Of a stretch of 64,000 nt of DNA, positions 40,750-52,790 are shown piece after piece. Numbering within the stretch: the stretch's first letter is position 1; every line of letters begins with the position of its first letter. A model generated the notes under the pieces. The model was not told the origin of the DNA. It ran no database searches and was given only the letters and a program-made list of their open reading frames with translations. Location of the stretch: positions 15,435,549-15,499,548 of the forward strand of contig NC_068984.1 of the NCBI RefSeq assembly GCF_001194135.2. The letters are read 5' to 3'. The DNA comes from Octopus bimaculoides. Taxonomy: Eukaryota. A program made the position numbers and the translations under genes.

Positions 40750-41078
40750 GGGTAAAGACACCTTTTGGTCACAAATGACCATGGGATTGCACCAAGGAAG
40801 TTCCCCTCTGAAGTACAAGTCCAGGCAAGGTTGTTTGTGAAAGACCAGCAGTCACCCATGCATACCAGTCTCCCCTCTTCATGCCCCCCAATGTTGTCCA
40901 AGGCTGATATAGCTCAGAACCAGTGACGCTGTAACTCATTTGTACAGCTGAATGGATTGCAGCAATGTGAAATAAAGTGTCTTGCTCAAGAACACAACAC
41001 ACAGCCCGGTCTGGGAATCAAACTCACAACCACAAGATTGTAAGCCAGATGCTCTAACCACTGAGTCATGTGCCTTCA
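40750..41078 (-). mobile_element. tRNA-head SINE with central gtgttcttgagcaagacact (V/Meta/CORE-like) domain
   Basis: Minus-strand head tgaaggcacatgactcagtggttagagca...gagtttgattccc contains A and B boxes. It is flanked by an inverted repeat (see findings). Confidence 0.75.
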
Positions 41079-41965
41079 TGGAGGAGAACTTTCTAGGTGC
41101 AATCCCATGGTCATTCATGACCAAAGTGAGGGGAGGCTTTATTTTTGTGTGTCTATATGCATACACACACACACACTGGCATGGAAGACATTAAACAATG
41201 ATATATATACATATATATATATATACACACACACACACGCATAAATACACATATACACATATGTATACATATATCATTACAACAGAATGCAGGTTACATT
41301 CACATAAGACTAACAGGTAAAGTATTTGCATTTTAATTATGCTTGTACATCATGTCTATGTATGAAGCCTTGCTCTGCCTATTGTGAGCTCAGTCTCTAT
41401 GAAGCTGTATGTGTTAGCATATAGTTATGATGAGCATGTGTGTACATGCATGCATGTATGTATTGTTACCAGTCTGAGTCCTTATTTGCAACTGTTTCTT
41501 AGCATTATTAAATAATGGCATGTGCTTGCGTATAAGCATACTTCCCTGTCTGTAATAGAGTGACTGGGGATCTATTGCCTACCAGGAACAGATTGTGGAG
41601 GATTGTGAGGATAAAGTTTACTTCCCAGCCTTGAGGTTTCAGATTCAGTTATATTGTGGGGCATCTTAGGCAAGTGTCTTCTATTATAAGCCCTGGGCCA
41701 ATCAAGGCCTTATGGCTGGATTGATAGATGGAAACCGAAAGAAGCCCATCATATGCATGTACATTCATTTCTTGCAGAAAGCATATCTGGGATGTTTGTT
41801 GTTCAACAGACCGAGAGATTAACAGATCATCTCGAAACAGGCAAGGGTTGGCATCAGGAAGAACGTCTAGCTGTAGAAAACTCTGCCTCAATATAATCTT
41901 ATCTAACCCATGCATATATATATATATATATATATAAAAATGTTGACAATACATACACACACATA

Positions 41966-42340
41966 AGCATAGATGTGGTTGTGTGGTAAGAAGATTGCTT
42001 TCTATCTACATGGCTCCAGGTTCAGCCCCACTGTGTGACATCTTGGGCAAGTGTTTTCTATAGTGTCAGGTCAACCCAAGCCTAGTAAATGAATTTGGTA
42101 GACAGAAACTGAAAGATGTCTTGTGTGCGCATGTGTGTGTGCCTACATTTGTCCCCCCACCATCACTTGACAACTGGAGTTGGTTTGTTTACATCCCCAT
42201 CACATAGCAGCTTGGCAAAGAGACTGATAGAATAAGTACCAGGCTTAAAATAAGTATTGAGGTCAATTCATTCAACTAAGAAATTCTTTAAGGTGGTGCC
42301 CCAGCATGACCACAGTCTAATGACTGAAACAAGTAAAAAA
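41966..42340 (+). mobile_element. tRNA-derived octopus SINE (OR-like)
   Basis: Head gtggttgtgtggtaagaag...ggttcagccccactg, body, and tail ggtggtgccccagcatgaccacagtctaatgactgaaacaagtaaaa. Confidence 0.85.
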
Positions 42341-43279
42341 ATTAAAAAAGGTAATGTACACATACACACGCTACTTCCAAAGTTACTATCATATGAGTGG
42401 TAATCCTGGAAATATACTTTTGAAACCATGGTTAATATCAGGAAATAAGGCATACATACAACAATTCAAATTTATTACATTTCCCAGCATGTATTCATTT
42501 ACTCATTGCCTGTCACTTAGCCAAGTATGAACACTCATCCATCACCTCATATTAATTCTCTTTCTCACCATACAATGTAAAGCATGACTGGAGAAATCAA
42601 CCAACACTTACTGACTGTAATTATAGAGATAGACAGAATCACACGCACAGTCATGGCATTATGGTAAAGAAACCTGCTTGTCAACTACATGACTTCAAGT
42701 TCAGACTCACTACACTGCATCTTGAGCAATAGTCTTCTACAGCTCTACTGTAGTGTTTTGATAGTGAAAGCTCTGTGAAGATTGTCTTAAATGTACATGT
42801 ATGTGTGTTTCTGCGAATGTTTACATTTTCTTCCTGACTACAAGTCATGAACATATCATTTCAACCTCAAAGTGTGTGGAGTGTGTGCTCTGGGTGTTAC
42901 TGTGAGGTAATGGGAGTACAATATTCATCATGATGAGTATCTATGCCACAAATGTGAAGGTAATTGGCTTACAGCCAAGCATGTGTTTGACTGGTGTTTA
43001 TCGACCTTAGTGAAAATGACAGGTGTTGTAATGTGTTGATAGAGCCTCCAGTATATGTGCATGTGTGTGTGTGCGTGCGTGTGTCTATTACATGTATGAA
43101 TAAGCTTGGATGTGTCTATGTATTTTGATTAGTGTGATTATGGTTGAGTCCAGAGAATGAGATAATAGTGTGTGTGAAAGTTTGTTTTAATCTTGCGTTA
43201 AATATGTGGGTAGAACAAGTGTGACTTTTTGTGTCATGTTTTTTGGTTGTCTTTGGGTGCATGATGGTCTGGATGTATA

Positions 43280-43570
43280 AATATGTCAAGTATGTGTGGG
43301 TGGGGTGTAATGGTCAAGTCCATAAGGTGTGAAAGCTTGATGAGTTAGAATGCATTCCAGCTCATGTTAGTAATGTGTCTGGTAAATTGTTGCATAGGTT
43401 AACATGAATTGGTTTGAGACATCAGCTTCAGTGATCTGCAGAACTTGGACAAAAATGGTAAGCAATGAAAGTAGGGGTGGAGTTCATAACACAGGCAAAT
43501 GTCCCTGCAAGTGTTCAATGAAGCAGCCAGACAAGTGTCATGCAGTCTGTTCAATATACAAGGAGTTGCA
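43280..43570 (-). mobile_element. Penelope-like element GIY-YIG endonuclease remnant
   Basis: Minus strand reads CNSLYIEQTA*HLSGCFIEHLQDIC (~ C..YIGETGRRLSDRFAEHLRDI), followed by an ...TPYGL-like terminus. A partial inverted copy lies at about 44309-44350. Confidence 0.65.
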
Positions 43571-43891
43571 GCAGGAGGATTTTAAAAAAATAAGAGGAAT
43601 TGGAGCAGGAGTCAATTATATGGGAAAAGTAATGGTTGGCTCAGGTGGGAAAGTGGTGTTGGAGAAGAAAAGACAAGTTCTGCAGGTGTTTCTCGCTTCC
43701 TTGTGAGTCTCTCTCTTCCCATGAATTATTAATTTTCTTTATATTTGACCGATAAAAGAAGTTGTTACAACATTATTTTTGTTAGACGTGTATACACACG
43801 TGACTTTGTTCTTTATGGTTGATAATTTTATGAAGCAGGAATTCTAAGTTGCCATGTTTACATTCTATTTTCAAGACAGGCAGCATTGAGT

Positions 43892-43932
43892 GGTAGGTAG
43901 GTAGGTAGGTAGGTAGGTAGGTAGGTAGGTAG

Positions 43933-43971
<39 letters not shown>
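43892..43971. repeat. Compound (GGTA)n-(GT)n microsatellite
   Basis: Direct reading. Confidence 0.95.
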
Positions 43972-43976
<5 letters not shown>

Positions 43977-44617
43977 TGAGAAATGTACTGGGAATATCAT
44001 GAGGGTTATCCTGTTGAGAAACTCAACAACCACTGTTCTCTTCTGCTATATAACCCATGCAACAAACTCCCAGAAATAGGTGTTGAGTAATTCTATCAAG
44101 GATTGTCCACCAAACAGTGCAATCCTGGCACATTAACTTCTCTCAATGGAAAGTTTAATGCTCAGCTAAAGCCTATAAGTTCACTCTTCACTTTCAACAA
44201 AAATACAACAGAAATAGCAAGCACAGCAAATTGCTATTAGTATGTTTCAGAACTGTGCAGATCCCTGTCGGCTACATCTTCACTTGAAAGAAGTGAACTA
44301 AAAGCACACTCATCAAGCTTATGGACTTGACCATTACACCCCACCCACACTCAAGTGTAAAGGCTGGACCTAACCCATCTGAAAGGATTTTATAGTTTCA
44401 GTCAACCCAAATACAATAACAAGGAAATGATCTGGGTATGATAGCCTGGTACTGTGAATTGCATTGTGACGTAAGATTAAAGAAGTGCAGACTGCATTAG
44501 ATGCATTTTTTTTTTTAATTAATAAACGAGAAAGAACAATACTTTAGATCCTCACTTCAATTTCACATTGCTGCTTTTCATCTGAAGTAATGAGTAGCCT
44601 TTGTATGTGCAATTTAA

Positions 44618-44841
44618 CCCTTTTGATACCCAACTGCCAGAGATCAACCTTGGTTCTATAATGCAAAATCTTCCTTTTAAAGTGCTCTAAATTTACAACT
44701 TCCATCAAAATTTCATGTTAATTTATGTTCCAATCACCAGCTTAATAATGATGAAGTTATTTTAACTAAATTCATCCATATTTTCAAATTTTATTGCAAC
44801 AAAGGTAACACTTTTCAAAAAAAAATATGGGAACAAAAGGG
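44618..44841. mobile_element. piggyBac-type MITE
   Basis: TTAA|cccttttgatacc ... ggaacaaaaggg|TTAA. Same family as 49828-50043. Confidence 0.8.
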
Positions 44842-44949
44842 TTAAGATTAAATCACCTTTGTTTGAGCTCACATCACTGTTAAAGATAGTCGTGTCTCTA
44901 GGTATGCTATGTTAAAAGGATCCTATATAGCACGGTTTTGTTCAGTGTC

Positions 44950-45350
44950 CTTTTATTTGTTTCAGTCATTTGACTGCGGCCATGCTGGAGCACTGTCTTT
45001 AGTCAGGCAAATCGACCCCAGGACTTATTCTTTGTAAGCCTAGTACTTATTCTATTGGTCTCTTTTGCCGGACCACTAAGTTAAGGGGACACCAGCATCG
45101 GCTGTCAAGGGATGTTGGAGGGACAAACACAGACACAAACATATACATATATATACATATATATATAGAAATATATAAATATATAGATGACAGGCTTCTT
45201 TCAGTTTCCATCTACCAAATCCACTCACAAGGCTTTGGTTGGCCCGAGGCTATACCAGAAGACACTTGCCAAAGATGCCATGCAGTAGGACTGAACCCGG
45301 AACCATGTGGTTTGGAAGCAAGCTACTTACTACACAGCCACTCCTACACC
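44950..45350 (-). mobile_element. Full-length tRNA-derived octopus SINE (OR-like)
   Basis: Reverse complement of the 46288-46690 copy, including head, central microsatellite, cctggggtcgatttg domain and tail. Confidence 0.9.
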
Positions 45351-46019
45351 TATAGTGATTTTTTTTTTTTTTTAGGAATGCCAACTGCATCTAGGAATAC
45401 TAATTTCATTCCAAAGCCTGGCCAAAATAACTTCATTCATACACCCAACAAGTGATCAGGTCTATGAGACAGATGAATATGCAATAACTTTAACCTGGAA
45501 TTTAGTGAAGCTGCAGAAGGCAAATTATGTAGTAATTGTATCTGCATACATTCTTTCTTAAACACTTTAAACACCAACCCAACTGTAAATGGAAGAGAAT
45601 GTTCAAATGTAATTCAAATCTCAATCCAAATCTTCCTTTTTTTTCTTTTAACATTTTGATATATCAAAATATAAAAAAGCTATTTTATTAAGCTCTTACA
45701 TAATTCATTAATTTAAAACTTAATACAACGGCAATATATTCTTAAAAGAACTCAAACTAGGGATTTGTATCAAATACACTACTGGTATTTGGACTCATAA
45801 ATTCATAGCTTTTATTTATCAAATGGTGTAATATCATATCACCTAAATGATGGGAATAAAAACGCAATTGATCTAAATGAACACAAATATACAATTTTCA
45901 AATTGTAAATTTCATTGTTATATTTGTACTCATAGATAACAGAATTATGCTTAAATGTGTTAAGAAATTTCCTAAATTATGAATAAATATGAATCTGTTA
46001 ATCTTTTGTTTTTGGAAGG

Positions 46020-46235
46020 TGCCATGTAAAAAGCACCCATGCTGGTTCCTCGTAAAGGGCACTCACTACACTCTGTAAAGTGGTTGGTGTTAGGAAGGGC
46101 ATCTAGCTGTAGAAAACTTGCCAAAACAGACACTAGAGCCTAGTGCAGCTCTCCAGCCTGCCAGCTCCTGTCAAACCGTCCAACCCATGCCAGCATAGAA
46201 AATGGATGTTAAATGGTGATAATAATGATGATGAT
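46020..46235 (+). mobile_element. RTE/OK-type 3' end fragment
   Basis: aaaaagcaccca...gttaggaagggcatctagctgtagaaa...caacccatgccagcat...(gat)n tail. Confidence 0.8.
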
Positions 46236-46287
46236 CCCCTCCATCCATTTATGTTCATACTGACTTTTTTTGGAATACTAATATATA

Positions 46288-46690
46288 GGCGCAGGAGTGG
46301 CTGTGTGGTAAGTAGCTTGCTTACCAACCACATGGCCCCAGGTTCAGTCCCACTGCATGGCACCTTGGGCAAGTGTCTTCTACTATAGCCTCAGGCCGAT
46401 CAAAGCCTTGCGAGTGTATTTAGTAGACGGAAACTGGAAGAAGCCTGTCGTATATGTATATATATGTGTATGTGTGTGCTTGTGTGACTGTTTGTCCCCG
46501 CCAGCATTGCTTAACAACTGATGCTGGTGTGCTTACTCCCCGTAACTTAGTGGTTTAGCAAAAGAGACCGACAGAATAAGTACTAGGCTTACAAAGAATA
46601 AGCTGTGGGGTCGATTTGCTCGACTATAAAGGCGATGCTCCAGCATGGCCACAGTCAAATGACTGAAACAAGTAAAAGAGTAAAAGAGAG
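46288..46690 (+). mobile_element. Full-length tRNA-derived octopus SINE (OR-like)
   Basis: ggcgcaggagtggctgtgtggtaag (A box) ... ggttcagtcccactg (B box) ... ggggtcgatttgctcgact ... gactgaaacaagtaaaagagtaaaagag. Confidence 0.92.
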
Positions 46691-46940
46691 TAAAATGTAT
46701 ATTGTTGGCCATTTGGATCATAAAATATAAAATCACCATCATCATCGTTTAACATCCGCTTTCCATGTTAGCAAGGGTTGGATGATTTGAGGACTGGTGA
46801 ACCAGATGGCTGCACCTGGCTCCAATCTGACCTGGCAGAGTTTCTACAGCTGCAGGAAACCAATGACTAAGTGTTGTTTGTACGAAGTCTCTTACAATAT
46901 TTGTTCTGTGTCCAGTTTAACATTTTCTTGTTACATCATT

Positions 46941-47570
46941 GGGATCTATTTTAAAACGGGGGCGCCAGTTTTCATTTATGTTTTATGTAGTGTTTTTGGT
47001 ACGGAAAGACTTTCAAACTTCGTATACTTATCTATTTTGTGTTATAGAACAGAAAAATATTTTTGTATTCATATTTATTTCATGTAAAAAATTGTCTTAT
47101 TTCGATAATTTCTACTAATCACTGACGTCTATTCAGTTGAAAACAGTTAGCGCTCTAACGGTGTATATCGTATTAATCCCCTAACCCTAACTAGACTGTT
47201 AACCGTAACCGTAACCCTAACTTGAGAATCCAAACTCTAAAATTGTTACACACATAGATACGCACAGCGTAATTTATTATATAAACAATATATGCATATA
47301 AATTACGATTAAACCAGATGAAATATGTCACAGGGAATAACATTTTTATGACCGCCCAGCAGTAACTCTATTCAGCTGAATAGACGTCAGTGATTGGTTG
47401 AAATTACAGAAATACGACAACTTTAACATGGAATAACTTGCGAATTCCTTTTTTTTTTGTTAAGAAGACTAAGAGTAAAAGATGTTTTATATGACACATT
47501 CTACCAGTGTCCCAAGTTTCAAAGTGTTTCGTTAAGAAAATACTGGCGCCCCCGTTTTAAAATAGATCCC
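46941..47570. mobile_element. Non-autonomous DNA transposon with 29-bp perfect TIRs and 6-bp TSD
   Basis: gggatctattttaaaacgggggcgccagt (46941-46969) is the exact reverse complement of 47542-47570. ATCATT is duplicated at 46935-46940 and 47571-47576. Confidence 0.92.
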
Positions 47571-47689
47571 ATCATTGTGATTGGTCTGTTGGAAACCAGT
47601 AACTAGCAGCATTATTTTCACAATATAAAAAATATTCCACTGGATTCATAGCATTCTAATAGTACAGTTATTCTTGTAAGCAGAATTGG

Positions 47690-47873
47690 TAAGAGCATTA
47701 AGTTGGCCTCATATTTTCAAAAATTGAGTGCTTAACAGTTTTGTTCCTCAATTTCTATTGAAATTCACTGCTTTTATTTCAATTAATTTTGAAAACACTA
47801 AATTTAGTAAATAACTTTTGTTAAAAAAAAAAAAATTAAAAAAAGAGCTCTAGGTGTGTTGGAATCAAAAGGG
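47690..47873. mobile_element. Partial piggyBac-type MITE (opposite orientation)
   Basis: Ends gttggaatcaaaaggg|ttaa, the reverse complement of the 44618/49828 left end. The left boundary is approximate. Confidence 0.55.
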
Positions 47874-49827
47874 TTAATTTCTATCATCATTATTATCATC
47901 ACTTTCATGTCTACTTTACTCTGCTTGCATAGGTTGGACAGACTCTGTTAAGGCGGATTTTCTACAGCCGGATGCCCTTCCTGTTGCCAATCCTCATCTG
48001 TTTCCAAGTAAAGTAATATTTCCCCCATGGCCAGATGTATCACACAGAAGGTTGGAAACAAAGGACACTGCTTGAGTAACAGTGACACTCATTTACAATT
48101 ATCACAATGTCAAGGCAGGTTTTTGTCTATCAAATCCACTCACAAGGCTTGAGTCAGCCTGGGGCTACAGTAGAAGACACTTGCCCAAGATGCCACACAA
48201 TTGGACTGAACCTGAAACCATGTGGTTGGGAAGCAAACTTCTCACCACACCACCAAACCTGCACATAATAGCTGCATAATGTTCAATTGAGATATTGACA
48301 TTGATCTCTTTGTTAAATACCTAAGCTGATATTAACATTGATTTTTAGAACCTTATTTTCTATTTTATATTGGATTCTACCAGGAATTTGTAGATCAAAA
48401 TAGTGCTTATTAGAATGTGAGGTATGAAGCTAACATTGTTAATCTGTGAGATTAAATTTTCGAAGTTATTTCATGATAAAAATAAAATACATTAAGCCAT
48501 TTTAAGCTTTTTAATAATGATCCACTTCAGAGTGCCTCAGTTTGTATGTTTCAAAAAACTTATTGTAAAATGTTTTTATTCAAATGAAAAACTTTCACTA
48601 TCATAATGTAAGAAACTTTTGTTAAACTTTTAATCCAAATACCTGTTTAATAATGAAAAATAATCCATCTAAATTGCTGATTATATCTAAAATTAATTGA
48701 AATATATAGGCTGTGTATTTCATTAGAAATATAGTCATAAAAGGTTAATTCAAGCATAAATGTAACACAACAAAATCTATCCTTACACTAACTACAAACA
48801 CCACATTCAAAATATTAAAGCGTAACTAATTGATTGTTACATCAAAATACAGTGACAACAGCCCAATCTGGTTTTCATTGTATCTAAAACACTGTGAAAA
48901 ATAGAATTCTTTGTATTTCAAATGATTGTCAAATTGTCAACTAGGTAATTTAACACTGGTTTCATTACCCCACCCCCACTCGTGCGAGCATGAATGTTCA
49001 AATAATGAAATTATTTGTAATTACATTGTCCATTACTAAATGCCTCATAGTAAAATCTCAAAACAAGTATCAAATATTACACCAGTCCTACACTTCTCAC
49101 AAATTTAATTTGCATATTTCCAATTGGATTAGCTTTCTTATTTCTTAAAGCTACTTAGAATTTAATGGCAAGTGTGATATGGACAATTTAGTTTATACAT
49201 TTGAACGGAATCTGTACTGAGGCACATTATTTTTTATTTAGGACATGAACACCACTAACTCATGTGACACAGTTCAGCATTAGGAAGAGAATTCAACTAT
49301 GAAAAACTCTTTCCAACCAATCATACTTATGTACAAAGTTATCACTCTATAACTCTATATGTGGAAGTTGAAATTTACAAGAGCAAACTTTTTTCAAACA
49401 TTTGCGCAATGTTTTAGCTGCGTTTCCAAACTAAGGAGTCAAGAGGTTAGTGCAACACGAAAGCATGGAGAAACAGCTCCAGATAATGACAATATTCAAA
49501 ATAAGGTTGCACAAGCTTCAGTAAGGGATCATGAGAAAGACAATATAAATGTCAAAAAGTGTGAAAGTAATTTCAATAAGAAAAAAAAATATCAGGAAAA
49601 TAAAAGGTTTAATTTTGAAATGCAAAATGTAACGCAAAAATAGTCAGGAAGAAATCATACCATAAATATCATTTATCTGCAAGTTAACCATTCAAAGGAT
49701 CTTCAATTCACTAAATTAATAAAGAACATTCTAGTCTCTTTTCTGATCAGAAGGAATTTCAAATCTGCTGAATAGTTTACCTTCTACATAAATGGCATTG
49801 CAAACAAAACACCTCAAAACCACTTAA

Positions 49828-50043
49828 CCCTTTTGATACCAACCTGCAAGAGATCACCCTTGATTCTGTGACACAAAATCAATACTTTAAAATGATTAGA
49901 ATTAAAACCTTAGAATTTTTATGTTAGTTTATGTTTCAAATACCAGCTTTAATAATGGCAGAGTTATTCTAAATTCTTCAATATTTTAAAATTTATTTGA
50001 AATAAATACAGTGTATTTCAAAGAAAATATGTTAACAAAAGGG
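49828..50043. mobile_element. piggyBac-type MITE
   Basis: TTAA|cccttttgataccaac ... taacaaaaggg|TTAA. Internally similar to 44618-44841. Confidence 0.8.
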
Positions 50044-51163
50044 TTAATTCACTGCTTGCTTTACATCCCCCCCCCCCACTCCACCATATACACTTGCAGC
50101 AAATCCACTTTCACTAATCCTTACTTGTGTTCACACTCAGATACAGAAATATTTTAGTTAAAAAAAAATGCAAATAAATAGGATCAGCCATCCTAAGCAG
50201 ATCACTCAATTATTTTCTCTGTACACCCATTACGCGAAATAGGTATTTATTCAAAGATACTGATATATCACTGCACATTTCCAATTCTTCCCAAAAGAGA
50301 ATTTGATTCTGCCAACTAGCAGATTGTCTCAATTTCCTAACATCTCCATGTTGATGAAAATATCTTCTTCACTAACTCAATTTCTTTCCACTAAGTGATC
50401 ACTAATATAGTTTACACAGCCCATGGGCTTAACTCATTTAGATAAGAAACTCCCTTAAAGTACATCAAATCCCTCACCTCTGGCTCACTATATCGCTTAC
50501 ATTCCTACTCATTGCAGAAATCGCTAATCTATATACCACCTTCACATTCTACATAATTACAATACATGTCACCAGATATAAATATCCTCTATGAACAGAG
50601 ACCTTGAGAACATGCTGCATTACAATGTTAACACTTTTTTTTTTTTTTCACACACCAGCACTGCAAAATAATCCTCTCTTCTCACAACACAGCTAAAATC
50701 TTTATAATCTCAACAAATTACAGGCCTTTACAATCGATGACCTTTATGGCAACCAACCACAAGATATAACAATATTTGCAATTATAAGGGAATCATTTTC
50801 TCTGCAACTATGGAAAATATATTATCCTTGTATAGCTGACTCTAAAACACTGTTGATATTGAGTCAATGTATTCAACACGTAAACACAGTATGAATATAC
50901 AGTTTTTCTTCCACTACTAAAACTTACCAGCAATATAACTTACTTTAACCCACTGCGTCTCAATTACCTTTTATGTTACCATATTTCAAGGCATATAAAA
51001 TGAACTTTTGTTCAAAAAAAAAACACCCTAGGTCCTATCTATACATGAAGTTGGACCTCCCATAAGGTAATTTTTGCCCAAATTGAACTAAAACTTCCTG
51101 AATATGCCTGTGTCTTATGTCATCAAATACAGTATGTATGTGTGTGTGTGTATATATATATAT

Positions 51164-51789
51164 ATAAAGTAGTTGTATGCTGTCAACTTAATATGACAGT
51201 CCTACGATGGGAATAATACTACTGCTATTTAGCCCTCGGATGCAGCACAGCTTCCTGTCAACCTGGAGACATTTCCTGTGTCCTTATGTTTACAAGGGGA
51301 AGACAAGCACTTCCACTTAGTTAAGCCTGCACCCAGACACATATTTCTGAGTCTTTGCTCGTCATCAGTCTGGAGTAGCAATGGCCTGCTAGTTGGAGAC
51401 ACCTGTCAAGCTCTCGTAAACATATAATTCTAGTGAAACACATTCACTGATTTCAAAATTAGAAATAATACAGTTCTAAATCTCTTAGAGATTTATGCAG
51501 TAGTGATGCGATAAAGTAGTTGTATGCTATCAACTTAATGTGACAGTCCCATGAAGGGAATAATACTACTGCTATTTAGCCCTAGGAAGCAGCACCGCTT
51601 CCTGTCGGCCTTGACACATTTCTTGCGTCCTTATGTTTACAAGGGGGAACGAAATGCGTCAAGGACGACAGGAAGCAGTGCTGCATCCTAGAGCTCAATA
51701 GCAGTAGTATTATTCCCTTCATGTGACTGTCACATTAAGTTGACAGCATTATCGCATCACTACTGCATAAATCTCAGAGAGATTTAGAA
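51164..51789 (-). mobile_element. Penelope/retrozyme-like non-autonomous element (direct repeat, fold-back inversion, hammerhead)
   Basis: 51164-51300 is repeated at about 51510-51645. 51651-51789 is the inverted copy of 51475-51622. A hammerhead-like motif lies in between. Both ends abut (TA)n tracts. Confidence 0.7.
51333..51373 (-). ncRNA. Minimal type I hammerhead ribozyme, degenerate
   Basis: CCAGA-CUGAUGA-c GAG caaaga CUC a-GAAA-UAUG-U-G-UCUGG. Stem I is a perfect 5 bp and the core is intact, but position 17 is G and 10.1/11.1 is a mismatch. Confidence 0.6.
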
Positions 51790-51827
51790 ATGTGTTATTT
51801 ATATATATGTACATCACACCTAACACT

Positions 51828-51837
<10 letters not shown>

Positions 51838-51859
<22 letters not shown>

Positions 51860-51866
51860 GTGTATA

Positions 51867-51921
<55 letters not shown>
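51838..51921. repeat. (TA)n microsatellite
   Basis: Direct reading. Confidence 0.95.
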
Positions 51922-51923
<2 letters not shown>

Positions 51924-52569
51924 CCTGGTGTTAAACATTCCCCTGGAACTTGTTTCCTATTTTTGCCCTTCACTGATTAAAATTCCAAACTGGAACATAA
52001 TCTTTAACATATTAACCTCACCCCAATGTTTATAAACCTTGCTCTGAGAGGAACTTTCACCTTAATAAAACAAAAGGTGGCACTACTAAGCTGTTCCTAG
52101 TCTACTACTTCTGTTCCTACTTATTACAGAACAAGTCAAATGCATATTCTCTCCTTTCATTTAACTAAATTGCAACAATCCAAAATGATTATTATCCATA
52201 ACCAATTGAAATTTATCTTGAAAAAAAAAAAAAAAAAAGTGTGAATGCCTGCAACAACTACTGACCTCATGGTCATGTTTTCAAACCTCATTAACCATAT
52301 CAAATTATGCTCCAGGACAAAATATCTATATCTGGCTGCTTCAGTAGCCTTTTCTCCTTCCTACTTCATTGTTGAAATGATTAGTTATTACAAGGCCAAC
52401 CAATTATTTACAATTATGTAATTTTGCAAAATCTCACACAACAAATTATTATGGAAAGTAATTTTTAAAAGAAATTACACATTCACAGCAAAATCTTTGG
52501 AATATTTGTTTGATATTGCTTGCATGGCCCTCTCAACTTCTGAAGGAGCCTTCAAAATATACTGTACAC

Positions 52570-52790
52570 CAGTTTTCTCAATCCTGGTTATTCTGCCAGA
52601 AATCAGGTCTTTGCTGATTTGCCTGTCCATCTCTTTTCTCTCCATAGTTCCTTCAAGAATAATCTTTGCATAGTCAAGCTATCTGGTCTTTCCTTTGGGC
52701 CAGTATGATGATGGTTGGTTGTGGATCCAGAGTTTGTTACTCTACAAATGTCCAGGTTTTGTAATGCATACAGAGTAATGGAAAACACTT
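52570..52790 (-). mobile_element. RTE-type LINE ORF2 C-terminal remnant
   Basis: Minus strand encodes AKIILEGTMERK..GRQ (~ AKTILQGTVEGKRRRGRQ). Confidence 0.55.

Noticed and set aside
47180-47221. TAACCC telomere-like repeats
   Set aside because: Short, degenerate and internal to a TIR element, so not telomeric.
49359-49643. 94-aa plus-strand Lys/Asn-rich ORF
   Set aside because: GTG start and no recognisable motif. It is explained by A-rich composition opposite a pyrimidine tract.
50200-50960. Possible additional LINE remnant (also 55200-55620)
   Set aside because: Composition is suggestive, but I could not read convincing conserved motifs by eye.
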